The notes: generated from the sequence alone by a model not told the origin. A stretch of 64,000 nt of DNA from Thermoprotei archaeon (GCA_049976445.1 JBMFIF010000002.1:5115-69114), one strand, 5' to 3'; shown: positions 47,810-57,372, counted from the first letter of the stretch. Translations and numbers: made by a program.

Positions 47810-49027
47810 ATGATAAGGGTTAGTGATATTTTTAGATTCGCTTTCTCGATACTAACTGAAAAGAAATTAAGAGCTATTTTAACTATTATAGGAATAGCAA
47901 TAGGCCCTGCTGCTATGGTCACGATAATAGGTACAACCCAAGGATACTCGTTAACTATAGTAAATAGTCTCACTTCATTAGGCCAGAACATTATTGTAGC
48001 TTTTCCTGAGAAAGGTTATAGTTTTACTGATAATACAGTTAACACTCTTAAATCATTAAGCTATGTGAAAACAGCAATACCATTTTATACTTCACAAGGT
48101 ATAATAAAAAGATCTGACGGATCACAACTTACTGTTTCAATTTATGCCACTAACCTAGATGAATTGTTTAAAGCCGTTTCTAGTTTAGAACTTGAAAGTG
48201 GTATTATTCCTAATCCTACATCATACACATCAGGCATATTAGGTCATGATATAGTATATAAGGATAATAATAAGTTGATCAATGTGGGCGATTCCGTAGG
48301 AATAAAGATTGTCATTGCAAAAGGTAATAATTTAGAAGTAAAAAATATCAATGTAAGGATTTCTGGTATATTAAGTAAATACGGCAGTGCATTAGTCCTT
48401 AACCCTGATTCAACACTATTTTTGCCTCTTCAAGCCGGTCGCTCATTACTATCGATGAACAACTACAGTGGAATATTGGTCGTTGCAGTAGATAGTTCGC
48501 ATGTGGTGAATATAGTCGATGAAATCAAAAATAAATATCAAGATTTAGTAACCACATTTGCATTCCAACAGATTGCTAATATAATTAGTTCAGTCGTAGA
48601 TACATTAAACTTTCTGCTTTTTGCTTTATCTTCATCAGCATTTAGTGTAGCAGTTACTGGAACAATGGCTACCATGTTCACATCTGTGATAGAAAGAAGC
48701 AAAGAGATAGGCGTGCTTAAAGCAATGGGATATTCGAATGCGCTTGTTCTATTGTTAATCACAACTGAGGCACTTTTAATGAGTTTATTAGGGGGCATAA
48801 TGGGAGTAATAATTGGAGCTATTGGAGCTAACATCCTTTCTTCGGCAGGTTCGTTTGTAATTAGGGGAGTAAGCGAATCAATAACAATAAAAGCAGGGCC
48901 TTTAATAACTATTGATCTAATATTAAGGTCTATAGGTATGGCTATAGTTGTTGGTATAATAGGGGGTTTCATACCAGCTTATAGAGCATCTAAGATACAA
49001 CCAGCTATTGCACTTAGATACGAGTAA
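47810..49027 (+). CDS. MacB/FtsX-family ABC permease with large extracytoplasmic domain
   Basis: An N-terminal TM, an external domain of about 230 aa, then three TMs of the FtsX domain (SKEIGVLKAMGYSN linker motif). Confidence 0.8.
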   Translation: MIRVSDIFRFAFSILTEKKLRAILTIIGIAIGPAAMVTIIGTTQGYSLTIVNSLTSLGQNIIVAFPEKGYSFTDNTVNTLKSLSYVKTAIPFYTSQGIIKRSDGSQLTVSIYATNLDELFKAVSSLELESGIIPNPTSYTSGILGHDIVYKDNNKLINVGDSVGIKIVIAKGNNLEVKNINVRISGILSKYGSALVLNPDSTLFLPLQAGRSLLSMNNYSGILVVAVDSSHVVNIVDEIKNKYQDLVTTFAFQQIANIISSVVDTLNFLLFALSSSAFSVAVTGTMATMFTSVIERSKEIGVLKAMGYSNALVLLLITTEALLMSLLGGIMGVIIGAIGANILSSAGSFVIRGVSESITIKAGPLITIDLILRSIGMAIVVGIIGGFIPAYRASKIQPAIALRYE

Positions 49028-49038
49028 TAGTTTAATTT

Positions 49039-50127
49039 TTAAGTATCTTTCTCCATGCTTTTTATTTTCTTTAATATGTAACGGTCTATTATTGCTGTTA
49101 GACCGTATTTACTGAATGCTTCAAGTTCAGCTTTTAGGCCTATCTTCTTAAATGCTCTAAGTTGTTCTGCCCATATGCCATCGCTATATCTAGGGTCTCT
49201 TTCTAATGTTATTAAACGTTGTACATCGATAGTGTTTAGTTTAAGTGCAGGTAAGTCGTATTTTTTAATATCTGTTGCCCATATGCCCACCCACTTGGCA
49301 TTAGGTGTTGCTAGAAATGGTATATGAGCTGCTTGTGCTGATCCTGATGTGATGACCCTTGCGATGTGCATTCCCCATGGATCCGCATCGGTAAGAATGT
49401 ATACCGGTAGTCCTAATTCTTCATGTAATCTTCTTATGACAATTCTGGTAAATCTTGGTGCTTGGCCTCCGGTATCTATAAGGATTGCATTTAGTTTGTT
49501 GTAAAGCCCTTCTTCTATGAATCTTCTAAACATTGCTCCTTTTTCTACAGCTATAACCATTCTTGCGTTTGTTTCGATGAATTTTGCTGTTGCAATAGAA
49601 AGTCCTATGTTTTTGCCATCAGGATCTGACATTAAGTTTACCTTTAATCCTGCGTGGCTTTCAGGTGTTGTATATTCAATGGTCAAATCACCAAATATCG
49701 AGCTTTTCTCTTCAGGTAGAATGTTAAATGTTTCGCGTGGTACACCTAGTATGCTTTCTAGCTCAACAACTACATTATCTGATTCATCTTGTTCATCAAA
49801 CTTGATTGCTTCGTCGTTGAATGAATGATAGTATAGATCTCTGAGACTGCACGATTTGCCCTTATCTACTAGATTTGTTTTTGCAAAAGCTGCAACCCAC
49901 ATTAATCTTGCGAATGCCTTTGATTGTTTTATGTTTGAACTGCTCCTTATTGACATTTTTTCTCCTAATTTTACTACTCCTTTTTCTGGGTCATATATGA
50001 TGTTTGAAACGCTTCTTACAGGCAGTTTTATTTTTGGATATAAACCAGATTCTAACTGTTTATATACTTCAAGACCAAGAAGTCTTAATCGTTCCGATAT
50101 ATTCATTCTATCGTTATTCATACTCAT
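49039..50127 (-). CDS. top6A: DNA topoisomerase VI subunit A (Spo11 family)
   Basis: 5Y-CAP region with SLRDLYYHS. Toprim motifs VEKGAMF (Glu) and ILTDADPWG (DxD). Confidence 0.9.
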   Translation of the reverse strand: MSMNNDRMNISERLRLLGLEVYKQLESGLYPKIKLPVRSVSNIIYDPEKGVVKLGEKMSIRSSSNIKQSKAFARLMWVAAFAKTNLVDKGKSCSLRDLYYHSFNDEAIKFDEQDESDNVVVELESILGVPRETFNILPEEKSSIFGDLTIEYTTPESHAGLKVNLMSDPDGKNIGLSIATAKFIETNARMVIAVEKGAMFRRFIEEGLYNKLNAILIDTGGQAPRFTRIVIRRLHEELGLPVYILTDADPWGMHIARVITSGSAQAAHIPFLATPNAKWVGIWATDIKKYDLPALKLNTIDVQRLITLERDPRYSDGIWAEQLRAFKKIGLKAELEAFSKYGLTAIIDRYILKKIKSMEKDT

Positions 50128-51683
50128 TGTTTTGCTACCTCCTCTATTTGAGTTTCAGTAAGTACTGGTTCAGGTAATCCTGTAAGTTCAGAAGAATACT
50201 TGGCAATGAGCTTTAAATATTTACTTAAAACATTGAGTCGTGTACGATTTATCTCTTCAAAGCGTTTCTTATTTAGATATGCAGATAAGTGTCTTGCATT
50301 TTCTCTTAATCCAAGCTCTATTTCTCTTGCTACCTCAGGCTGTTCTGCGATGTACTCTTTTCCTACAGTCTTATAAGGTATTTTTGTGGAACAAATGTGG
50401 ACAAAGAATGCGATGGGTTCATTGTAGATTTTAATCTTGTAATTGTTCCAGTCAATCCTTTTAATAACTTTCATTGAGACATCACTGTATACATCATAAA
50501 GGAGTGGAATTTTATTAGCAAACCTGTAAAGATTTACCTCACCTTCGCCTGCAGGTTGTATTTTTCCTCCATAAGCAATTGCAGTTTCAACAATAAATGG
50601 ATGACCTTCATAAGATGATGGAGGTCTTTGAACAGCATGCACAAATTCTGCACCTGTAGATTCTTTAATGCCAATTTTTAATAGGTCTTCACCTATGGGT
50701 GAAAGACCAGATGCATCAGGAGGTAAAAATTCGCTAAAGTTTTTCATTGCCGCAGAAAGCTTTACTATCATATCCTGGTTTAATTTTTCAACACGCAGAT
50801 CTGGCTGAAAACCTACATACTCTAGGAATTTTTCTGCTTTCTTAGGACCCACACGCTGAAAATTCTCTATTAAAAATTCTTTTAGAGTCATACCTTTAGA
50901 TTTCGTTATCAACCTTTTTAATAACTCTACATCTACACCATGCGGATGTGGTAAGATTTCATGTGGTTTCTTTGGCATATTTTCTGTCTTTCTTTCAAAC
51001 GTATACATCACACCATCTGGATCAATAAACCTGATCGATGCGTAAGGTAGTATCATAGATGTTTGCCACAAATACTCTATTATACGATTTTTTGCTTTAT
51101 AATAATCTCCTATAAAAGAAAAGCTTATCATTGTTCCATGCCAATCATCCGTGTTCTCAAGTATTTTTCTTTTAAGTTGTAAAGGTTTATTTCTGGTTAT
51201 GTCTATCATTAATTCATAGTAATAAATAAACCGAGATCCTAATGTTGCGGATGCGACTTCAACTGTAGTATTAGTGGTAATTTGCCCATAAAGTATAGCC
51301 ATTTTGCCGCCTAGGCCAAATAATCCTCTGGCTTGTCTTAACCTGTATTTAGAACCATAAAAAACTTGCCCAAACGCTGAAGGAATATGCTCTTGAGGAA
51401 CTCCACCACCATTATCTATAACACGTATTTTAAGTAATTCTCCATTCTCCGTCATTTTGCTAGTAAGCACTCCGTTAGTGTCATCAACTTTTATCATGCG
51501 TATTTCAACATCAGGAGGTATTCCATTATTCTCACATGAATCTAAAGAATTCTCGACAAGTTCCCTGAGTATTGTATATGTAGCTCTGGCAGAATTGTCA
51601 AAGCCCGCTATTTCCTTGTTTCTATAGAAAAAATCAGCAGGAGAAATGGATTCATACTTTTCTTCTATCAAATCAAGCTTCAC
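50124..51683 (-). CDS. top6B: DNA topoisomerase VI subunit B (GHKL ATPase)
   Basis: Bergerat-fold N box LRELVENSLDS and G1 box VIDNGGGV. 4-nt overlap with top6A. Confidence 0.9.
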   Translation of the reverse strand: MKLDLIEEKYESISPADFFYRNKEIAGFDNSARATYTILRELVENSLDSCENNGIPPDVEIRMIKVDDTNGVLTSKMTENGELLKIRVIDNGGGVPQEHIPSAFGQVFYGSKYRLRQARGLFGLGGKMAILYGQITTNTTVEVASATLGSRFIYYYELMIDITRNKPLQLKRKILENTDDWHGTMISFSFIGDYYKAKNRIIEYLWQTSMILPYASIRFIDPDGVMYTFERKTENMPKKPHEILPHPHGVDVELLKRLITKSKGMTLKEFLIENFQRVGPKKAEKFLEYVGFQPDLRVEKLNQDMIVKLSAAMKNFSEFLPPDASGLSPIGEDLLKIGIKESTGAEFVHAVQRPPSSYEGHPFIVETAIAYGGKIQPAGEGEVNLYRFANKIPLLYDVYSDVSMKVIKRIDWNNYKIKIYNEPIAFFVHICSTKIPYKTVGKEYIAEQPEVAREIELGLRENARHLSAYLNKKRFEEINRTRLNVLSKYLKLIAKYSSELTGLPEPVLTETQIEEVAKQ

Positions 51684-52236
51684 CTCCTAAACTTTTTAAT
51701 GATCTTATTTTCTGAGCTGACTTAAAGCGTTCTAAGAATCTATAAACTGCAGTATGCGGCGAACCATCAATCAACATTTCTATAGCCCTTTTAGCTGCTT
51801 GAAGTTGCTCAAAATTACCTATTATGACTACCTCATTATTGCTAATACTAATACTTGCACCAGTAAACTCGATTATTGTGGATTTAGTCTTACCACCAGC
51901 TCCGATAATTCTCCCCTTCACTCTAGTAATGTCATTAGACGATGATAAATAGTCCTTAAGATTTATTATTTCCATAAAAGTATCAGGGTCTCGTAACCTT
52001 AATGTATCGTTTGGATCAAATCCGTATCCGTAGGCTTGGATCATTTCTCTTGCTCTTATTATATCGCTCTGTCTAGAATCTTTATCAACATCAATAGTAA
52101 TTTCACCAGTCTCTCTCTTTACAGTAATTTTGGTTCCAGTAACTTTTTCTACCTCACGAATAAACCAAGAATCTTTACCTAGTATAGATTTAAGACGAGT
52201 CTCAGGAATACTAATAACAATCCTTGAAGGATACAT
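51673..52236 (-). CDS. double KH-domain RNA-binding protein (Dim2/Pno1-like)
   Basis: Two KH units (ILGKDSW..., IIGAGGKTKSTI with GxxG). Start chosen at MYPSRIV (52236) within the longer ORF. Overlaps the top6B start by 11 nt. Confidence 0.6.
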   Translation of the reverse strand: MYPSRIVISIPETRLKSILGKDSWFIREVEKVTGTKITVKRETGEITIDVDKDSRQSDIIRAREMIQAYGYGFDPNDTLRLRDPDTFMEIINLKDYLSSSNDITRVKGRIIGAGGKTKSTIIEFTGASISISNNEVVIIGNFEQLQAAKRAIEMLIDGSPHTAVYRFLERFKSAQKIRSLKSLGGEA

Positions 52237-52336
52237 ACTGCTCACTGCCAATCCAAAATAAATTATACTTAATCTTATTTTTATCTTGTTACCACAACTG
52301 TTTAAAGGTACAGTCAATGAATATAAATGAAATATT

Positions 52337-52906
52337 TTATCTTGAATCGCTTAATAATTCTTCTATTAAATGTTTTAATACGCTTAATTCTCCTTTTTCA
52401 ACAAGCTTTAAAGCTTCGGATGTACTATTATTTACAATATCGTTCACATTGTAACCAGACGACAAATATCTTCTACCTTGCAATACCGTGGATACATGAT
52501 CGGCCAGTTTTACTAATTGTGCCTCAATACTCTTTCTTTCTAAATATTCTGCAAAAAATTTCTTTATAATATCCATTTCATCCTTAAACATATCAGAGAG
52601 AATCATCATTTCTATGTTTTCCTTCATGCTCATTGGAAAGTACTTACCTAATGATTTAGGAATGTCTCCAGTGATTGCCTCAGCCCAATCATGAATTATA
52701 CTCATAGAAAGCGCCTTTGATAAATCAACTTGAACACCAGAATATATAACTCTTTGAGAAAACATGAGTACAAGACTTGAAACCTCAAAAATGTGTTCTG
52801 CAACAGTTTCACATAATTGCAATGGAACACCACGTTGAATCCATCCAATCCTAGGAATATTCTTCAAAACACCTATGAACTCAACAAAATCATGAAACTT
52901 TGACAT
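52337..52906 (-). CDS. HD-domain phosphohydrolase (YfbR-like 5'-nucleotidase family)
   Basis: ETVAEHIFEV (His) and IIHDWAEAITGDIP (HD...D) motifs. Confidence 0.7.
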   Translation of the reverse strand: MSKFHDFVEFIGVLKNIPRIGWIQRGVPLQLCETVAEHIFEVSSLVLMFSQRVIYSGVQVDLSKALSMSIIHDWAEAITGDIPKSLGKYFPMSMKENIEMMILSDMFKDEMDIIKKFFAEYLERKSIEAQLVKLADHVSTVLQGRRYLSSGYNVNDIVNNSTSEALKLVEKGELSVLKHLIEELLSDSR

Positions 52907-52989
52907 ATGAATACCTATTTAATCTTCGCATAAATATTTTACCATCAAATATGCAAAGCTAATCTCGTTATACGCTATGGGCATGATGG

Positions 52990-53035
52990 GGTTGTGAAGC
53001 ATGAAGCTCCCCAATTTTAGTTGGGAGTAGTTCAC
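52990..53035 (+). repeat. short IS200/IS605 right-end-like relic
   Basis: gaagctccccaattttagttgggagtagttcac contains the hairpin ctcccc..ttgggag. It shares the tail pattern of the other relics. Confidence 0.4.
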
Positions 53036-53083
53036 TTTAGAGTTAAGTTTATTTTTAATGGAGGTTTTAGTAAATAGATTAGA

Positions 53084-54721
53084 ATGATTGATGTAAGATA
53101 TTTAATTAATCAAATGAGCCTTGAAGAAAAAATTGGTAACCTGTTTATGTTTGGTTTTGACAGTACTGATGACAGTAGAGCTGTTACAGAAAGATTAAAA
53201 ATTATTATCGACCAGTATCATGTTGGAGGAATAATTTATTTTTCTAGAAATTTAAAGAGTGCTAAACAAGCTGCTGAACTTTCTAAATCAATACAATCGT
53301 TATCAAGGCGTAACAATTATGTGTTGCCCGTTATCATAGCAACGGATCAAGAAGGTGGTAATGTAGTCAGACTAAGAGATGGCACAATATTTCCTGGTAA
53401 TATGAGTCTTGGTGCTATAGGTTCTAAAAAGATTACTTATGAGGTAGGTCGTATTATTGGTAAGGAATTGATCTCAGTAGGAATAAACATGAACTTGGCA
53501 CCAGTTTTAGATGTGAACACAAATCCTGTAAATCCTGTGATAGGTATTAGATCGTTTGGTGGTGATCCTGAGATGGTCGCATCGTTAGGTGGAGCATACA
53601 TTGAAGGTCTTCATTCTGAAGGTGTACTAGCCGTAGCAAAACATTTTCCAGGACATGGTGACTCATCGTTGGATTCTCATTTGGATCTTCCAATAATAAA
53701 TAAAGATCTTGACGAATTAATGAAGATTCATATAAAACCATTCATGGATGCAATTAGTATGTTTAATGTTGATGCAATAATGACTGCACATGTAGTATAT
53801 CCAGCTCTCGACAAAGAAAATCCTGCAACGCTTTCTAGAAAAATATTAAGAGAATTTTTGCGCGAAAAATTAGGATTCAATGGGGTTATAATGACAGATG
53901 ATATGGAGATGAGAGCAATAAGTGATAGATATGCACCTGGTGATGCTTCTATTAAGGCATTAAAGGCTGGTGCAGACCTCATACTTTTCTCTCATACATA
54001 TTCTAAACAAATTGAGGCTTATAATACTGTTCTTAAGGCAGTAGAAAATGAGTATATTACAAATGATGAGTTAGATGAGAAGGTTAGAAGGATTCTTCAG
54101 CTTAAACTTCGCGTTATAGATCATATGAGTAAAATAGATCCATCGATTGTCGGTAAGAAGGAACATCGTGACTTTGAATTAGAAGTCGCTAGAAAGGCTG
54201 TAACATTGTTAAAAAATAATAATAGAGTATTACCAATTAAAGGTGAACGAGAGGTTATAATTGTTGAACCAAAAATAGGTATTTCATCACAAGTTGAAGA
54301 AAAATATCAACCATTATATTTATCTGAAATACTTAAGAATTATCTTAAAATAAAGAGTGTAGTAGTTAATAAGGATTTAAACGATGATTATTACAGTAAG
54401 TTTTCCAAACTCTTAGAAAGTAATAGTGCTGCTGTATTTTTAATCGTAATTTCGTCTAAAGATGGTGTTGAATTCTTTAATAAAATAGTGCAGAATAATA
54501 ACTATAATAATGATACTGTAGTGGTTCTTTTTAAGAATCCTTTTCTCATAAATTATTTAAATACTAATCGCAGTGATTCAATAATAATAGGATACGCTTA
54601 TACACAGTGTATGATTATTGCAATTAGTGAGCTTATCATAGGAAAAATTAAGCCTAATGGTAAATTGCCAGTTAACTTAAATGAAGAGTATAAAATTGGT
54701 TATGGTATGAGAGATTTTTAG
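53084..54721 (+). CDS. glycoside hydrolase family 3 (NagZ-like beta-N-acetylhexosaminidase / beta-glucosidase)
   Basis: KHFPGHGDSSLDSHLDLP and GVIMTDDMEM (nucleophile Asp region). No signal peptide is evident. Confidence 0.8.
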   Translation: MIDVRYLINQMSLEEKIGNLFMFGFDSTDDSRAVTERLKIIIDQYHVGGIIYFSRNLKSAKQAAELSKSIQSLSRRNNYVLPVIIATDQEGGNVVRLRDGTIFPGNMSLGAIGSKKITYEVGRIIGKELISVGINMNLAPVLDVNTNPVNPVIGIRSFGGDPEMVASLGGAYIEGLHSEGVLAVAKHFPGHGDSSLDSHLDLPIINKDLDELMKIHIKPFMDAISMFNVDAIMTAHVVYPALDKENPATLSRKILREFLREKLGFNGVIMTDDMEMRAISDRYAPGDASIKALKAGADLILFSHTYSKQIEAYNTVLKAVENEYITNDELDEKVRRILQLKLRVIDHMSKIDPSIVGKKEHRDFELEVARKAVTLLKNNNRVLPIKGEREVIIVEPKIGISSQVEEKYQPLYLSEILKNYLKIKSVVVNKDLNDDYYSKFSKLLESNSAAVFLIVISSKDGVEFFNKIVQNNNYNNDTVVVLFKNPFLINYLNTNRSDSIIIGYAYTQCMIIAISELIIGKIKPNGKLPVNLNEEYKIGYGMRDF

Positions 54722-54729
54722 GTGATCTA

Positions 54730-55842
54730 ATGGAGTTGTATTATGGAACACCTGAAGAAGCCGGATTAAATAAGGTACGATTAGATAAGATTCATGAGTT
54801 TATGAAAAAATACGTTAATGATGCCTTTCCAGGTGCTGTAATACTTATTGCGCGTAAAAGTGTAATTGCATTTCATGAAGCATATGGCAGCTCACAGATT
54901 ATACCAGTAAAAAGAGAAATGACAAGGGAGACAATATTTGATCTAGCATCTCTTACTAAACCTCTAGCAACATCAATAATAACTATGAGACTAGTTGAAG
55001 ATGGTCTTATAAATCTAAGACAAAAAATTTCAACAATATTTGATGAAATAGGGAAAGATGAAATAAAGCGCGAAATTACATTATGGCATTTGCTCACTCA
55101 CACATCTGGGTTACCTGCATGGGAACCTTTTTACAAAGGCTTTAAAGACAAAAAAGAAATAATTAAAGCTGCACTTAGCGCATTTCCTTCAAGCAAACCC
55201 GGTGAGAAATATACATATAGTGATCTAGGCTATATTATTTTAACTGGTATTGCAGAAGAAGTTTCTGGTAAAACATTTGACAAATTATTCGAAGAATATG
55301 TAGCATCACCATTAAGCCTTAAAGATACAATGTTTAATCCACCGGATTATTTAAAATCCCGCATAGCAGCTACAGAATTATGCGAATGGAGAGGAGAAGT
55401 TTTAGTTGGTTCTGTTCATGATGAGAATGCATATGCAATGGGTGGTGTAAGCGGTCATGCTGGACTTTTCTCAACAGCATTGGATATCGCTAAGATAGCA
55501 CAAATGATGCTTAACGGTGGAATCTATGGATCAAAAGAAATCTTATCTAGATCTTCCGTTCAGATTATGATAAAAAATCATGTTAAAAATTTAGGTGCTG
55601 GTTATGGTTTAGGGTGGATGATAAATAATGCCCCCAATGGAACATCAGCTGGAGATCTGTTTTCTAAAGAATCTTTTGGACATACTGGCTTTACAGGAAC
55701 ATCTCTTTGGGTTGATCCGGAAAAGGAGTTAATAGCAGTTTTACTTACTAATAGAATACATCCCTCAAGACAAAATACAAAACTTATAGAACTAAGACCA
55801 AAAATACATAACCTGATAGCATCAACTTTAACAAGATATTAA
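54730..55842 (+). CDS. beta-lactamase-fold serine hydrolase (class C / esterase / D-aminopeptidase-like)
   Basis: SxxK (SLTKP), YSDLGY (Y-x-N equivalent) and HTGFTG (KTG equivalent). AGGTGA SD precedes the ATG, 8 nt after the GH3 stop. Confidence 0.75.
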   Translation: MELYYGTPEEAGLNKVRLDKIHEFMKKYVNDAFPGAVILIARKSVIAFHEAYGSSQIIPVKREMTRETIFDLASLTKPLATSIITMRLVEDGLINLRQKISTIFDEIGKDEIKREITLWHLLTHTSGLPAWEPFYKGFKDKKEIIKAALSAFPSSKPGEKYTYSDLGYIILTGIAEEVSGKTFDKLFEEYVASPLSLKDTMFNPPDYLKSRIAATELCEWRGEVLVGSVHDENAYAMGGVSGHAGLFSTALDIAKIAQMMLNGGIYGSKEILSRSSVQIMIKNHVKNLGAGYGLGWMINNAPNGTSAGDLFSKESFGHTGFTGTSLWVDPEKELIAVLLTNRIHPSRQNTKLIELRPKIHNLIASTLTRY

Positions 55843-55865
55843 TTTCTGAAATTCACATACTTTCT

Positions 55866-56150
55866 GTTGGTAGTTGAATCATTTTAGGATAAATTTTATA
55901 CTGTTTTAAGAAATGATGGGTATGAATTGGTTCATACTAATCTGGTTCCACTACCGTTCTAGAGGGAAAAGAAATCAAATGCATAAGAGGACCCTACAAT
56001 CATATCAGGAGGAAGCTCCAGAAGAAGGGACTCCTAAAAAAGGATAGAGGAGGCATGAGCCCTCTTGAACTGGCAAATGAGGTTGGAGGATAAAGCCCCC
56101 AGCTGAACATCAGAAGCTCAGCCTTTTAGGAGTAGCTCATATAATCGACA
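55866..56150 (+). mobile_element. non-autonomous IS200/IS605-derived element: repeat DR-B copy 1 plus tnpB-tail relics
   Basis: 55866-55953 matches 60517-60605 and contains the hairpin gtatgaa-ttgg-ttcatac. 56000-56140 contains ...gaactggcaaatgaggttggaggataaagcccccagctgaacatcagaagctcagccttttaggagtagctc (tnpB-tail pattern). Confidence 0.45.
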
Positions 56151-56204
56151 TTATTGTGTATAATGAATCTCAGTACTTAAGCTCACCAATTTTTCTATAA
56201 TTAT

Positions 56205-56576
56205 TTAATGTTGTTCATTATTGAGAAGGAATTCAATGTATTCTTTTATTACTGTAGCATTATTTCTTTCTTTGTCTTTGGTTGCATAAAGTAATGTTAT
56301 GCTATTTTTTTGTTTTATTATCTCGATTAATTTTTGTAATGAAGGATTATTTTCTAATTCTTTAATATACCTTTTTTTAAATTCATTCCATTTAGCGGGA
56401 TCATGAGAAAACCATTTCCTTAAATCATTTGAAGGTGCAATATCTCTAAGCCATAAATCTATTTTTGATTTCTTTTTGCTTAATCCTCTAGGCCATAGTC
56501 TATCTACTAAAATTCTGTAACCATCATCTTCAGATGGTTCTTCGTAAATTCTTTTTATTTTAATCATTTTTCTCAT
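56205..56576 (-). CDS. DUF488 (YeaO-like) protein
   Basis: IKRIYEEPSEDDGYRILVDRLWPRGLSKKK...WLRDIAPSNDLRKWFSHDPAKWNEF matches the DUF488 signature. Confidence 0.7.
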   Translation of the reverse strand: MRKMIKIKRIYEEPSEDDGYRILVDRLWPRGLSKKKSKIDLWLRDIAPSNDLRKWFSHDPAKWNEFKKRYIKELENNPSLQKLIEIIKQKNSITLLYATKDKERNNATVIKEYIEFLLNNEQH

Positions 56577-56711
56577 TAAAAAAGTGAATTCTCATCTAAA
56601 TATTTTTGACGGGCATTAAATAAAAATCATCATTAACCATTATTTGAGTGTTAAATCAGATAATATTAAAATTGATTAGTTAGATAAGTGAGTTTTGAGA
56701 TTTTTATTAGA

Positions 56712-57284
56712 TTATTGTACTTTAAATAAAACATCTATGATCTTTTGTATATATTCATAAGGTTGCTCTACGCGTTCAGCAAAATCCATAGAAATAACAT
56801 AATAAAATAAATTTCCAAGGAATATTTTTAAATAAAACTCATCGATCATTTTTCCAGTTAGGTTCTGTATTTTTTCTTTTAATTTGGTATAGTTTGAGTG
56901 ATGAATTTTTTTGAAGGTTTCTTTAATTTCACTGTATCTATTTGCTATTCCTATGGAATAAAGGAAAAGTTTTCTTTCAATGGGGTCATTGTATTTTAGA
57001 ATATATTTTAATGCTAGATCATTAAGCATTTCTTTAACATCATTATAATGTTTTTCTATTACATTGTTTAATACTTCAACTGGTGAAACACTGATAGCAA
57101 TCTCTTTGATTAATTGCTCTTTGCTTGTAAAATATGTATAAAATGTGCCTTTGGAGAGTTTAACTTTTTCCATTATTTCATCTACTGTAGTCAAGTCAAA
57201 ACCTTTTTCAGCGAATATTTGACGTGCAGCCATGATGATTAATTTCTTTTTTTCGTTATTGCTATTCCTCATAATCCTACACAT
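56712..57284 (-). CDS. TetR-family transcriptional regulator
   Basis: N-terminal HTH AARQIFAEKGFDLTTVDEIMEKVKLSKGTFYTYFTSKEQL followed by a helical ligand-binding domain. Confidence 0.8.
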   Translation of the reverse strand: MCRIMRNSNNEKKKLIIMAARQIFAEKGFDLTTVDEIMEKVKLSKGTFYTYFTSKEQLIKEIAISVSPVEVLNNVIEKHYNDVKEMLNDLALKYILKYNDPIERKLFLYSIGIANRYSEIKETFKKIHHSNYTKLKEKIQNLTGKMIDEFYLKIFLGNLFYYVISMDFAERVEQPYEYIQKIIDVLFKVQ

Positions 57285-57312
57285 AATTTAGTTCTGCATA
57301 GTTATATACTTT

Positions 57313-57332
57313 TTGGCTAACTAGTCAGTCAA
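57313..57332. promoter_or_regulatory. 20-bp imperfect palindrome, candidate TetR operator
   Basis: ttggctaactagtcagtcaa matches its own reverse complement at 16 of 20 positions. It lies in the 88-nt divergent region between the TetR gene and the radical SAM operon. Confidence 0.4.
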
Positions 57333-57372
57333 AAATATAAGTATCTTTAAAGAAATATATAAGTGAGAAATT

